Source of the DNA: Desulfotomaculum sp.
GTDB lineage: Bacteria; Bacillota; Desulfotomaculia; Desulfotomaculales; Nap2-2B
Length of the DNA stretch: 64,000 nucleotides
Direction of reading: 5' to 3'
Assembly: GCA_003485325.1 (NCBI GenBank)
Contig: DMZI01000035.1
Span: 68-64,067 of the forward strand
Shown here: positions 9,526 through 20,711 of the stretch, piece after piece
Layout of the letters: each line of letters opens with the position of its first letter
How positions within the stretch are numbered: position 1 is the stretch's first letter
Notes under the pieces: generated by a model
What the model was told of the DNA's origin: nothing
The model's input: only the letters and a program-made list of their open reading frames with translations
Databases searched by the model: none
Translations under genes and position numbers: made by a program

Positions 9526-11085
9526 ATGCAGCTTAAAAATACACCTCTGGTCCTGGTTATCCTTGATGGCTGGGGCCTGAACAAAAAAACTAGGGGCAAT
9601 GCCATCGCGTCTGCAAGAACTCCGAATCTTGACCGGGTTTTAAAGGAATTTCCTTTTACCGCATTAAGTACGTACGGTGAAGATGTGGGGCTTCCCGAAG
9701 GGCAGATGGGCAATTCCGAAGTCGGGCACCTCAATATAGGCGCGGGGCGGGTTGTTTATCAGGACTTTACGCGCATAAACAAGGCAATCCGGGAGGGAAC
9801 TTTTTATGCAAATAATAAGCTGTTGGCTGCAATTGATCATGTAAAAAAGAACAATTCAACTCTTCACTTGATGGGCCTGTTGTCTGACGGAGGTGTACAC
9901 AGTCACATTAAACACCTTTTTGCGCTTCTTGATCTGGCTAAAAACAATTCCCTCCAGAAAGTCAAAGTCCACTGTTTTCTGGACGGCCGGGATGTGCCGC
10001 CTGATAATGCCCTGGTATATATAGAGCAGCTGGAAGAGAAAATTTCTGCTTTAAATATTGGAAGAATAGCAACTGTGATGGGACGCTATTACGCAATGGA
10101 CAGGGACCGCAGATGGGATAGAACAAGAAAAGCTTATGACGCAATGGTTTTGGGTCAAGGCTTAAGTTCAGCGTCTGCGTCCCAAGCTGTTGAAGATGCT
10201 TACCGACGGGATGAAACAGATGAATTTGTTCAACCGACGGTTATTCTTAATCCAAAGGATCAAGTTTTAAACAGGATAAGAAACGGTGACTCAGTAATCT
10301 TTTACAACTTCAGACCGGATAGAGCCAGGCAAATTACTCATGCTTTTATTGATCGAGAATTTGCCGGTTTTAACCGTACGGTTAAACTCAATGACCTGCT
10401 TTTTACATGTATGACGCTTTATGATGATACCGTTGATGCGCCGGTAGCCTTTGAGCCTCACTTTTTGGTTAATACACTGGGGGAAGTACTCAGCAAGCAG
10501 GGTATAAAGCAGTTAAGACTGGCTGAAACTGAAAAATATGCTCATGTAACCTTCTTTTTTAACGGCGGTATGGAAACATCCTATTCCGGTGAAGATCGTT
10601 TGCTTATATCTTCCCCTAAAGTGGCAACCTATGATTTAAAGCCGGAAATGAGCGCATTGGAAGTAACAGGCGCCTTTCTGGAAAAATTGGCAACAGGCGG
10701 GTATCAGGTAATTATCATGAACTATGCCAATGCGGATATGGTTGGACATACGGGGAATCTTGAAGTTACCGTCAAGGCTATTGAGACTGTTGATTTCTGC
10801 CTTGGGCGGGTGATTGCCGCAGTACTTGAAAAAGGAGGAACAGCGTTAGTTACAGCAGACCATGGCAATGCTGAGGAGATGCAGGATGAAGAAGAGAAAC
10901 CCCATACAGCTCATACCACTAACCCTGTTCCGTTTATTTTGGTTAATGAAGGCCTAAAAAATGTTGTTCTGCGCCGGGGGCGGCTTGAAGATATAGCTCC
11001 AACAGTTTTATATCTATTGGGGATACCCAAACCCCCCCAGATGACAGGAAACTGCCTTATCACAGGTATGCCGGAAATACTGTAG
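9526..11085 (+). CDS. gpmI: 2,3-bisphosphoglycerate-independent phosphoglycerate mutase
   Basis: 519-aa ORF with iPGM motifs (ILDGWG, NSEVGH, ADHGNAE). It sits between tpiA and eno. Confidence 0.95.
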   Translation: MQLKNTPLVLVILDGWGLNKKTRGNAIASARTPNLDRVLKEFPFTALSTYGEDVGLPEGQMGNSEVGHLNIGAGRVVYQDFTRINKAIREGTFYANNKLLAAIDHVKKNNSTLHLMGLLSDGGVHSHIKHLFALLDLAKNNSLQKVKVHCFLDGRDVPPDNALVYIEQLEEKISALNIGRIATVMGRYYAMDRDRRWDRTRKAYDAMVLGQGLSSASASQAVEDAYRRDETDEFVQPTVILNPKDQVLNRIRNGDSVIFYNFRPDRARQITHAFIDREFAGFNRTVKLNDLLFTCMTLYDDTVDAPVAFEPHFLVNTLGEVLSKQGIKQLRLAETEKYAHVTFFFNGGMETSYSGEDRLLISSPKVATYDLKPEMSALEVTGAFLEKLATGGYQVIIMNYANADMVGHTGNLEVTVKAIETVDFCLGRVIAAVLEKGGTALVTADHGNAEEMQDEEEKPHTAHTTNPVPFILVNEGLKNVVLRRGRLEDIAPTVLYLLGIPKPPQMTGNCLITGMPEIL

Positions 11086-11119
11086 TAAAAATTATTATCA
11101 AAAGTGGGGGGAAGTTTAA

Positions 11120-12400
<1,281 letters not shown>

Positions 12401-12429
12401 GACAACCTATAAAAAAGTATTATTTTAAA

Positions 12430-12479
12430 ATCCAGGTGTGACAGGCAAGTTGTTCCGGAAGCGCCTGGATAATTTTTTT
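12430..12479 (+). terminator. Rho-independent terminator of the gap-eno operon
   Basis: The stem TCCAGGTG...CGCCTGGA (one G-U pair) is followed by the AATTTTTTT run, 30 nt after the eno stop codon. Confidence 0.6.
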
Positions 12480-12547
12480 AATCAATATTTTATGGCTGAA
12501 GGATTTTAAGCATACAAGAAGAAAATTCTACACAGAAGGTTTTATAG

Positions 12548-13237
12548 ATGAAACTGCTGACTATTTTTTTGACAACTTTTCTGGTTAGTTTTTCCGGGGC
12601 TGTGTCACCCGGCCCTCTTTTATCGGTTACAATAAGCGAGTCGATAAAAAGGGGCTTCAGGGCCGGACCGTTAATAGTATTAGGACATGCCATACTGGAA
12701 GGGGCGCTTGTAATTGCGTTAATCATGGGTCTGGCTTCCTTCCTTGGCAGTAACGCCGTACAAAAGGTAATTGCTTTTGCAGGGAGCCTGATTCTATTGT
12801 GCCTGGGATGGTTAATGCTTAAGAATTCACGTTTTGTAGAGGAGCAATTAACAAACTCCATTAAGGGAAGCTCCGCTAAAAAGCAAGACGAAAAGCAGGG
12901 GAAAGGGCGGGTTTTTCCGCCTCTTTTTTTAAAAGAAACCTACCTGTTCTGGGAGGGCATATTTACCAGCGTTTCAAATCCATATTGGACTCTTTGGTGG
13001 GCAACAATAGGATTAGGCTACATAACAATATCTCTACGGCAGGGTATGTACGGCCTGGCCTGTTTTTTCAGCGGGCACATTCTTGCCGACCTGGCCTGGT
13101 ACAGTTTTATAGCGGCTATGATCAGCAGGGGAAGGAAGTTTTTTCGCCCGGTTATTTACCGCAGGGTAAATGAAGCTTGCGGATTATTTCTAATCGGTCT
13201 GGGCCTGTATTTTATTTATTGGGGTTTGTATACTTAG
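12548..13237 (+). CDS. LysE/RhtB-family amino-acid exporter
   Basis: 229-aa polytopic membrane ORF. The N-terminal helix carries the family-typical SPGP motif. Confidence 0.75.
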   Translation: MKLLTIFLTTFLVSFSGAVSPGPLLSVTISESIKRGFRAGPLIVLGHAILEGALVIALIMGLASFLGSNAVQKVIAFAGSLILLCLGWLMLKNSRFVEEQLTNSIKGSSAKKQDEKQGKGRVFPPLFLKETYLFWEGIFTSVSNPYWTLWWATIGLGYITISLRQGMYGLACFFSGHILADLAWYSFIAAMISRGRKFFRPVIYRRVNEACGLFLIGLGLYFIYWGLYT

Positions 13238-13269
13238 TTTGGGAATTATTTGGTTAAGGGGGATTTTAG

Positions 13270-14661
13270 ATGACTGTTGTTTTTGGCGGTATTTGTCCCC
13301 ATCCACCTATAATGGTGCCCGAGGTAGGAAGGGAAGGCGCTGCTGAAGTAAAGTCTTCCCAGACAGCCATGCTTAAGTTGGGCAAAAGAATTATAGAAAG
13401 CGGCGCTGAGGTCTTAGTAATAATCTCTCCCCATGCGCCTTTATTTCGTGATTTTATTGCTTTAAATGTTTCCCCTCGCTTAAAAGGCAACCTCGGACAG
13501 TTTGGCGCGGCAGGCGTAAGTTTTGATTTGGATAATGATTTGACAATGGTTAAGGAGATCGTTTACCAGTCTGCGCTCTTGGAAATACCTGCATTTGAGA
13601 TGGATGAAGAATTTGCTCGAAAATATCATGTAAACCTTACCCTAGATCACGGGATGACCGTTCCGCTTTATTTTATTCTTAAAGCCGGGGTGCGTCTTCC
13701 CTTAGTTGCTGTGTCGATGGGGTTACTGCCCGAGGAACAGCTTTATGCATTTGGCGCCGCCATCAGCAGATCGGCTTCCAGGTTGGGAAGAAAGGTGGCT
13801 GTGCTGGCAAGCGGGGATCTCTCACACCGTTTGACTAAAAATGCTCCGGCTGGTTTTGATCCAAGAGGAAAGGAATTCGACCTTAAAATGGTCGAACTGG
13901 TCGCCAAAGCACAGTTTGAGGAAATTCTCCATATTGATAAGGATTTAGCGGAGAAAGCAGGGGAATGCGGTCTCAGATCAATTCAAATGATGTCGGGAGC
14001 TTTTGATGGTTTGTCAGTAAGAGGGGAAGTTTTATCATATGAGGGTCCTTTTGGAGTCGGGTATATGGTTGCTTTTTTAACACCTGGGGAACCAAAACCA
14101 GAATCCGGAATTTTAGACAAGTTTCTTGTACAAAATAAAGAGCCCGGGGAAGAAAGCTATTTAGTCAGGATAGCCCGTCAAACCCTGGAAAACTATTATG
14201 CAACGGGAAAGCTGCAAATTCCGGAAGACAAGGATATCCCGCCGCAGTTTGCAGGTAAAGCTGGAGTATTTGTTTCCTTAAAAAAACATGGCAATTTAAG
14301 AGGCTGTATAGGGACTATAACAGGGCAATATAAAAATGTTGTTGCAGAGGTTGTTCATAACGCAATCAGCGCGGCAACACGTGATCCGCGTTTTTACCCT
14401 GTCGTCAGGGAAGAACTGGCTGATTTAAGTTATTCCGTAGATGTGCTCGGGCCACCGGAGGCTGTGAACAGTCTTGAGGAATTGGACCCTAAAAATTACG
14501 GTGTGATAGTGCGTTCCGGAAGGCGTTCCGGATTGCTCCTGCCAGATTTGGAAGGTGTAGACACGGTCGAAGAGCAAATTTCTATTGCCAGACAAAAAGC
14601 CGGTATAGGTCCGGACGAACCTGTACAACTGGAAAGATTTAAAGTTGAAAGGTATAAATAA
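13270..14661 (+). CDS. Fusion protein: class III extradiol dioxygenase-like (LigB/Memo-type) N-terminal domain plus AMMECR1 C-terminal domain
   Basis: 463-aa ORF. The N-terminal half has His-rich LigB-type motifs (CPHPP, SPHAP, LDHGM, GDLSHR). The C-terminal half has the AMMECR1 signature LRGCIGT. It is followed 17 nt later by the partner radical SAM gene. Confidence 0.8.
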   Translation: MTVVFGGICPHPPIMVPEVGREGAAEVKSSQTAMLKLGKRIIESGAEVLVIISPHAPLFRDFIALNVSPRLKGNLGQFGAAGVSFDLDNDLTMVKEIVYQSALLEIPAFEMDEEFARKYHVNLTLDHGMTVPLYFILKAGVRLPLVAVSMGLLPEEQLYAFGAAISRSASRLGRKVAVLASGDLSHRLTKNAPAGFDPRGKEFDLKMVELVAKAQFEEILHIDKDLAEKAGECGLRSIQMMSGAFDGLSVRGEVLSYEGPFGVGYMVAFLTPGEPKPESGILDKFLVQNKEPGEESYLVRIARQTLENYYATGKLQIPEDKDIPPQFAGKAGVFVSLKKHGNLRGCIGTITGQYKNVVAEVVHNAISAATRDPRFYPVVREELADLSYSVDVLGPPEAVNSLEELDPKNYGVIVRSGRRSGLLLPDLEGVDTVEEQISIARQKAGIGPDEPVQLERFKVERYK

Positions 14662-14678
14662 CAGCCGGGGGTGAAAGC

Positions 14679-15698
14679 TTGGCTAACGAAGCTCTATTCT
14701 ACGAGAAAAAAGAAAATAAACAAGTGACCTGTAAGTTATGTCCCAGAGTATGTAATATAGGACTGGGGCGTACCGGTTTTTGCAAGATAAGAAAAAATAT
14801 AGACGGAACATTGTTTGCTTTGAACTATAGCCGCTGTTCATCTATCGCGATGGATCCTGTTGAAAAAAAGCCTCTTTATCACTTTTATCCCGGCGCCAAT
14901 ATTTTATCAATGGGTACGATAGGCTGTAACCTGCACTGCAAGTTTTGCCAGAACTGGACAATTGCGCGTGCCGAGGAAGGATATCTTACAGAGGAGATCA
15001 CTCCCCGGAAAGCGGTGGACCTTGTCAAACAATACAGGCAAAAGGGCCGCTCCTGCATTGGAATAGCGTACACTTACTCAGAGCCTTTTACATGGTTTGA
15101 GTTTGTTTTCGAAACTGCACAGATTGCCAGGGAACAAGGCATAAAAAACGTGTTGGTTACCAATGGCTATATTAACAAAGAACCTCTTCAACAGATTCTT
15201 CCGTACATTGATGCCATGAATATAGATGTTAAGGGTTTTAGTGATGAATATTATCGATCAGTCTGCAGCGGAAAACTTGGACCTGTATTACGTACGGTAG
15301 AGGAAGCGTTCGATAAATGCCATATCGAACTTACCACATTGCTTGTTCCGGGATTGAATGATTCTTTAAAAGAAATAAATGAATTAGTCTCCTGGATCGC
15401 CGGCCTTGACCGCGAAATACCCCTGCACTTTTCCCGGTACTTTCCGAATTATAAAATGGACCATCCCGCCACGCCGATCCAAACCTTGCAAAAAGTGTGG
15501 GAACTGGCCAAAGAGAAACTGGATTATGTATATGTCGGCAATGCGCCGCAGCTGAACGCAGGGAACACATACTGTCCGCAGTGCAAGTTTAAAATAATCG
15601 AGCGTTACGCTTATACCGTGCGGATAACAGGGCTGGACGGAAAAAAATGCCGCCGGTGCGGCTATCCGATCCGTCTGGTTGGAGATCCGAAAGGATGA
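14679..15698 (+). CDS. AmmeMemoRadiSam-system radical SAM enzyme (PFL-activase-like)
   Basis: 339-aa ORF with the radical SAM motif CNLHCKFCQNW, N-terminal and C-terminal Cys clusters, and an adjacent AMMECR1-containing gene. Confidence 0.85.
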   Translation: MANEALFYEKKENKQVTCKLCPRVCNIGLGRTGFCKIRKNIDGTLFALNYSRCSSIAMDPVEKKPLYHFYPGANILSMGTIGCNLHCKFCQNWTIARAEEGYLTEEITPRKAVDLVKQYRQKGRSCIGIAYTYSEPFTWFEFVFETAQIAREQGIKNVLVTNGYINKEPLQQILPYIDAMNIDVKGFSDEYYRSVCSGKLGPVLRTVEEAFDKCHIELTTLLVPGLNDSLKEINELVSWIAGLDREIPLHFSRYFPNYKMDHPATPIQTLQKVWELAKEKLDYVYVGNAPQLNAGNTYCPQCKFKIIERYAYTVRITGLDGKKCRRCGYPIRLVGDPKG

Positions 15699-15705
15699 TT
15701 CCGGA

Positions 15706-16176
15706 TCAGTCATACCAGAGAATAACACCGGCAAAGACTGATCCTGTTTCGATAACCTGATGTTCAACAGCCTTGACCAGGCATTTTGTTAATTTAAGGT
15801 TTCTGGTTTGAAAAGCCTCTTTTACCATTTCCGTAACTATGTCTTCAGCATCCTTTTTCGAGACATGACCGGAGTACTCCATGATTACTCCGAAACCGTC
15901 TTCAGGAATACCGACCCCGACTGCTGCAGCGATAGTCTCACCTGGTTTTGATGATGTCAGTGTACCGTAAGCGATTGGAACAAGCGAGCCCGGAGGCAAA
16001 GAAATATTTTCATCATAGACTGCGCCGGGAGGTAAAATACTGCTTACTTTTAATAAGTTTACGTTGCCTGCGCCTGCCTCCAGCAGGGCCTGATCAAAGG
16101 CGTTCAGGGGACTTATGTTTTCTCCCGATCCCGCGACCAGTTTAAAAACGGTTGGTGTTGGTAACAAGTAATCCAC
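15706..16176 (-). CDS. pdaD: Pyruvoyl-dependent arginine decarboxylase
   Basis: 156-aa ORF with the PdaD pattern, including the self-processing site LLKVSSILPP. TTG 16167 is an alternative start with better SD spacing. Confidence 0.85.
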   Translation of the reverse strand: MDYLLPTPTVFKLVAGSGENISPLNAFDQALLEAGAGNVNLLKVSSILPPGAVYDENISLPPGSLVPIAYGTLTSSKPGETIAAAVGVGIPEDGFGVIMEYSGHVSKKDAEDIVTEMVKEAFQTRNLKLTKCLVKAVEHQVIETGSVFAGVILWYD

Positions 16177-16179
16177 TCC

Positions 16180-16827
16180 TTAAAATTTATGCTGCTTAAT
16201 AACAACTATCGGGGTTTGTTGGTCATCGTTGCCAAATGGATTGTCGATCAGGGCTCCTTTCGCTATCCTTTCACTTTCAGGGCTGGTTGCGGCGAGTATG
16301 TCGACACATTTGATATCATTGACATCAGCGATAACTGCATCCACACCAGTTACCTCAAATATTGAACGGACAATTTTCTCGGGTTCCTTGGGACCAAGAA
16401 TAATATGCTTCTCATAAGGCCACATTGTGCCCGCTATATCATCGATTAAGGCAAGTTCACGGCCTGCTACTATATAAAAATACCCCTTCGCTCCTATTAA
16501 ACGACCGAAGATGGATGCCGCACACCCGAGTAGAATTCTAAGAACACCCACTTCGCGGACAGCTAACTGCATTGCGGACGGAGTGGCCAGGCTGCCGTGT
16601 TTGGCAGGGAAACGGCTGATTAATTTTGCAATCAGGCCAGGGCGTATTTTTTCCGGGAGGATCGCACGGCCCTGAGTAATTGCAGCTACGCTTTCCGCGA
16701 CAGCGATAATATCTCCCGGAAAAGCAATTCCTTCGGTGTATTTTCGGGTGAGTTCAACGATATCATCTTTTTCAGTCACGACGTGAGTTTTAATAGGAAT
16801 GGAGGGAAAATTCATGGAAACCATCAC
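16180..16827 (-). CDS. CofE-like protein (F420-0:gamma-glutamyl ligase family domain), function unknown here
   Basis: 215-aa ORF. The N-terminal pattern (PGDIIAVAESVAAITQGRAI) and overall length resemble the CofE/F420-ligase fold family. Its stop codon lies inside the SD of pdaD, 3 nt from the pdaD start. Confidence 0.6.
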   Translation of the reverse strand: MMVSMNFPSIPIKTHVVTEKDDIVELTRKYTEGIAFPGDIIAVAESVAAITQGRAILPEKIRPGLIAKLISRFPAKHGSLATPSAMQLAVREVGVLRILLGCAASIFGRLIGAKGYFYIVAGRELALIDDIAGTMWPYEKHIILGPKEPEKIVRSIFEVTGVDAVIADVNDIKCVDILAATSPESERIAKGALIDNPFGNDDQQTPIVVIKQHKF

Positions 16828-16908
16828 CAGCCCCTGGTATTCTTTTCATTACAGGGTATGAGCTGTAATAAAAAAAGGCGCCTGTACTCTTTTTCCAGTT
16901 TTTCGGGT

Positions 16909-17772
16909 CTAAAGGCCTATAATAAGGATGGCTACCCATTTAACGAGAAGAGCTGAGGGAATAAAAATAAATTGGGCGAGAATGGTTCCCAGGATTCTGG
17001 TTAAGCATAGATAATAAACCATCTGTTTGACTTCTTCCTTTCTCTCTCCTCCCAAAGCATGATCTGTTATTACCGCTGCTGTCGGATTTATAATTATTGC
17101 CGAAAGTATTGTTGCTATCCCATTTACAACACCGGATAAAAGACTTGCTGTTGACCTGTAGTTCGGCAGCAAGGCGCCGGCATAAAGAGAGGAAAGAACG
17201 CCTGTTGTCCAAAATGCAATAACGATTACGTTGGCAATAAGAAAAGCAAGCGGAATAGTCCGCCGATATAATTTCGGTTTGGGCAGGAATGAAAAACTTT
17301 GATATAAAAGCAAGATCAAGCGCCGGGGGGAAAGAAGTATTAAGACGAGCCTGATCACCGAACCTGTTTCCTCAAACATGTAAATGACCCTGTTAAAAAT
17401 AAAAGTAAATATGGGGGTGAAAAAGACGCCCACCAGAGTCCCGACGGTGGCTGAAAATATCACAAGCCTGATCTGGTAACTTAGCACTGCAAGCTGCTGT
17501 CTGTAATAAGGATCTTGAATTAAACACTGGCTTACAGCAAGAGTATCTTTCATTGCGCTGTTGATAGTTTGCTCAACAATGGAGGAAAGCAGGGGCGCCT
17601 GTACAAGATTTGCGGTGCTGGCCAGCAAGGAGATGATTTGAAATAAAGAAAAGGCTGTAGCAAGTCTTTTGGTGGAAACTCCTGAAAGACGGACCGCGTA
17701 AGCTAACGTGTCAATTAAATGAATGATTGCTGTTAAAATAAATATTAATAACAACCTGTCGATTTTAATCAC
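16909..17772 (-). CDS. amj: Lipid II flippase Amj family protein
   Basis: 287-aa polytopic ORF. The N-terminus (IHLIDTLAYAVRLSGVSTKRLATAFSLF) and the C-terminal half closely follow the Bacillus subtilis Amj (YdaH) pattern. Confidence 0.75.
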   Translation of the reverse strand: MIKIDRLLLIFILTAIIHLIDTLAYAVRLSGVSTKRLATAFSLFQIISLLASTANLVQAPLLSSIVEQTINSAMKDTLAVSQCLIQDPYYRQQLAVLSYQIRLVIFSATVGTLVGVFFTPIFTFIFNRVIYMFEETGSVIRLVLILLSPRRLILLLYQSFSFLPKPKLYRRTIPLAFLIANVIVIAFWTTGVLSSLYAGALLPNYRSTASLLSGVVNGIATILSAIIINPTAAVITDHALGGERKEEVKQMVYYLCLTRILGTILAQFIFIPSALLVKWVAILIIGL

Positions 17773-17846
17773 CCGCCGGAAAAGCCCTTATAAAAAACAT
17801 ACTGGCCTATGGCAAATTATATGAAGACGGAGGAAAGGGTAGTATT

Positions 17847-18602
17847 CTAAAGGCCCAGAAGATGATAAATTTCCTCGTCCACTTGCGAACCTTCAGCCAG
17901 GCCTTTTTTAAGTCTGAAGTCTTTTACTGCCTGGGCAGTGCCGGGTCCGAAGATTCCATCTGCTTCGTTCTTGTAAAAACCGAGGCGCTTTAATGTGTAT
18001 TGAACCGCTTGAACGGCAGAACCGCAGCTGCCTTGGTTCAGAAGGGGATAATCTTCTCCGAAACGTCCAAACGGGTTGCCGGCAATTATTACACGTGTTC
18101 CGACAGCAACCCAGGGATATATTTCTTCAACATGAAGATTATGCAGGCGGACACACCCGCCGCTGGCGTATGTTCCTATAGAGGAAGGATTATTTGTTCC
18201 ATGAACACCAAAATTTCCGCAGGGTATATTTAAACGCATCCAGCGGGTGCCTGTCCCAGTACCCGGCAGATCTGACTTATCGACAACTTCCCATACACCG
18301 ACAGGTGTTTCCGAACTCGGTTTGCCAACCGCTATAGGATATTTTCGGATTGGTTCTCCTTTAAAAAACACTGTCAGGGATAGGTTAAAGGTATCGATTA
18401 ACAGGCAAACATCATAGTAGGGAGAAGGGACCTGGATATCACTTAAAATAGTTTCATTCAATGCGGGCTTGTCCTGAGCTTTCACGACAGGGTAACTGCT
18501 ACAGTTGCAGTGGCTTTTTACGCCTCCAAATCCGCCTGATGGCCAACATTGGCATGCAACTGTAAGTACTGCAAGTATTATTAGCAATCGCGACAACTTC
18601 AA
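17847..18602 (-). CDS. L,D-transpeptidase with a C-terminal peptidoglycan-binding domain
   Basis: It has a signal peptide, the YkuD catalytic motif HGTNNPSSIGTYASGGCVRL and a PG_binding_1-like C-terminus (LKRLGFY...DGIFGPGTAQAVKDF). Confidence 0.88.
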   Translation of the reverse strand: MKLSRLLIILAVLTVACQCWPSGGFGGVKSHCNCSSYPVVKAQDKPALNETILSDIQVPSPYYDVCLLIDTFNLSLTVFFKGEPIRKYPIAVGKPSSETPVGVWEVVDKSDLPGTGTGTRWMRLNIPCGNFGVHGTNNPSSIGTYASGGCVRLHNLHVEEIYPWVAVGTRVIIAGNPFGRFGEDYPLLNQGSCGSAVQAVQYTLKRLGFYKNEADGIFGPGTAQAVKDFRLKKGLAEGSQVDEEIYHLLGL

Positions 18603-18673
18603 TTACATCACCAGGCAAATTAAAAGTAACTCAAAAGTGAGGCCGTGAATTATTTTTACCCGTAACTAAAAAC

Positions 18674-19576
18674 TTATCCATCAAAAAGTCCTTTAATACC
18701 GTTGAAGATTCCCAATGCTACTTTCTCGTACAAGTGCGGATTTCTTAAAAGACCTTCCTCAACGTAGTTTGAAATTGTAACCGGTTCTATGATAACTCCC
18801 GGAATTTTTTTCAGCGCTGTCAGATGACTGTCCCTTCTTATTTCACGAATATCGCGTTTTGTTTTTCTGGCAACTTCTACTGCTATTAACCAGGCCAACT
18901 TTTCACTGCTGGCTGCAGCCGGGTTGTATCCGACAAAAAGTCCTTTGACTTCAGGATTTTTATCGTAATGGGTATGAAGGCTTATAAAAAGATCGGCTTT
19001 GTTGCTCAGTGCAAAGTTAAACCGATCCCGTAACGGTATTTTCTGATCACTTTCCCTTGTAAGAAACGTTTGTGCCCCATATTTATCAAGGTATAATTTT
19101 GTCTGTTCAGCGAGGATCAGCGCTATATTTTTTTCCAACAGGTCGACAGGGCCGAAACCGCCTTTATCGTCACCGCCATGACCCGGATCGATTACTATTT
19201 TCAGGGGTGAGAAAATATCATATAAGCGCATTCGATCAAAAACAATAAAAGTACGCGCAGGAATACCTTCAGAGAAGTTAACTGTAAAAGGAGCATCATA
19301 ATCAAGCGCTATTTCCGTTGTGACGTTTTCAGCTTCGTTTTGCCGGACAGTAAGCTCGCTAATCAGGCCGTCATAGACTTCTGTTTTTGAATAGTTTATG
19401 TTAGCCCGCGCCTTTTTGATGAGCATCTTGACATTTGCGCGGCTTGAGCTGAGTTGATAAGAAAGGGGATAAGTTGATTCAATTGCCACGCGGGAGAACT
19501 GTCTGCCGTCTTTCTCGAAAACATCACTCCAAAAATTTGTTATCTGCGTGAACCTTTGGTCGGTCATAATATACAT
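18674..19576 (-). CDS. N-acetylmuramoyl-L-alanine amidase (Amidase_3 family)
   Basis: 300-aa ORF. The C-terminal half has the Amidase_3 motifs IDPGHGG and DLFISLH. Confidence 0.85.
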   Translation of the reverse strand: MYIMTDQRFTQITNFWSDVFEKDGRQFSRVAIESTYPLSYQLSSSRANVKMLIKKARANINYSKTEVYDGLISELTVRQNEAENVTTEIALDYDAPFTVNFSEGIPARTFIVFDRMRLYDIFSPLKIVIDPGHGGDDKGGFGPVDLLEKNIALILAEQTKLYLDKYGAQTFLTRESDQKIPLRDRFNFALSNKADLFISLHTHYDKNPEVKGLFVGYNPAAASSEKLAWLIAVEVARKTKRDIREIRRDSHLTALKKIPGVIIEPVTISNYVEEGLLRNPHLYEKVALGIFNGIKGLFDG

Positions 19577-19785
19577 CGCCTCCGGCTTTTTTTGACCATA
19601 CTTAAATATATGGCTAAGTAAGGACCCTATTCCTAAAAAGGCAAGTATTCAGTAAAGGCATACTCAAAGTTTTTTAAAATGACTTAGTGATGTCGGGAAT
19701 TTTTGACGATTGACCAGCTTAAAGGAATTTGCAGGATGCTTAGCGAAAAAGTTATACGTATTTATATCGGCAGCAGGGGTTAATT

Positions 19786-20562
19786 GTGAAACTATATAAG
19801 ACAGACGCCTTGGTTCTAAGAAACCTTAACAGGGGCGATACTGATCAGCTTCTCGTTTTGTTTTCTTTGGAATACGGAAAACTAAAAGTAATAGCCCATG
19901 GATCGCGTAAAATAACAAGCAGAAAAAGAGGCGCAGTACAGCCGCTTACCCTGACGCGTTTTCTAATCCATAGAGGAAGATATCTGGACTCCGTTCGCCA
20001 GTGCGAAGAACTAGAGTCTTTTCCCGAACTGTTTCTGAGGATGGACAGGATTTGTTACGCCAGTTACGCTGTCGAGCTTGTCGAGAATTCAACGGTTGAG
20101 GGAGAAGCCAACCAGATTTTATTTGCGGCTTTGGTGGAAGCTCTGCGCCAGTTAGGTAAAGGAGATCCTGAAATTGTCGCCCGTGCGTTTGCATTAAAGC
20201 TTATCACTTTAACGGGTTATAAACCATTATTGGATCTTTGCGCTAAGTGCCGTAAAGATTTAACCGGAAAAGCGCTGGCTTTTTCACCCTCAGCGGGAGG
20301 ATTCCTGTGTGCAGACTGCGCAAGAGAAAAAAGTGAAGATCAGATGGTTAAGTGTCATAGGGGAACTCTGGAGACGATCAAACTTATGCTTGCCTGGGAA
20401 CTTTCCAAGCTGGGGCAGTTAAGAGTAGATGCTAAAATCCGCGGAGAATTGTATTTCGTGCTGAAGCTTCATCTGGAATATCACCTCGGCTACCGGTGCG
20501 CAACAGAGATGCTTATTGAAAAACTCAAATACAGAAACAACCGGTATGGCCTCAAACTCTAA
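19786..20562 (+). CDS. recO: DNA repair protein RecO
   Basis: 258-aa ORF with an OB-fold N-terminus (TDALVLR) and the zinc-binding CAKC...CADC motif. Confidence 0.9.
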   Translation: MKLYKTDALVLRNLNRGDTDQLLVLFSLEYGKLKVIAHGSRKITSRKRGAVQPLTLTRFLIHRGRYLDSVRQCEELESFPELFLRMDRICYASYAVELVENSTVEGEANQILFAALVEALRQLGKGDPEIVARAFALKLITLTGYKPLLDLCAKCRKDLTGKALAFSPSAGGFLCADCAREKSEDQMVKCHRGTLETIKLMLAWELSKLGQLRVDAKIRGELYFVLKLHLEYHLGYRCATEMLIEKLKYRNNRYGLKL

Positions 20563-20577
20563 TTATCCCTAAAATAA

Positions 20578-20606
20578 TTGACTTTTTTCTTCAAGTCTGA
20601 TAGATT
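20578..20606 (+). promoter_or_regulatory. Candidate sigma-A promoter for glyQS
   Basis: TTGACT (20578-20583), an exact 17-nt spacer, then TAGATT (20601-20606). It lies about 105 nt upstream of the glyQ start. Confidence 0.45.
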
Positions 20607-20711
20607 ATGAGCTAATTATGGGATTAAATAGTTTTTCAAGAAAATATTTGCCTTCCGCCTTGTAACGTGTATTATAGTGCGGGAGGTTTAAATTTATGGG
20701 GGGAGAAAAGG

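Noticed and set aside
20563-20711. Expected glycine T-box leader upstream of glyQS
   Set aside because: The spacer is only 149 nt. It contains no T-box sequence (no GGTGGTACCGCG-like element) and no specifier/terminator architecture, so only a plain promoter candidate was reported. The absence is mildly unusual for a Firmicute, but it is a negative observation.
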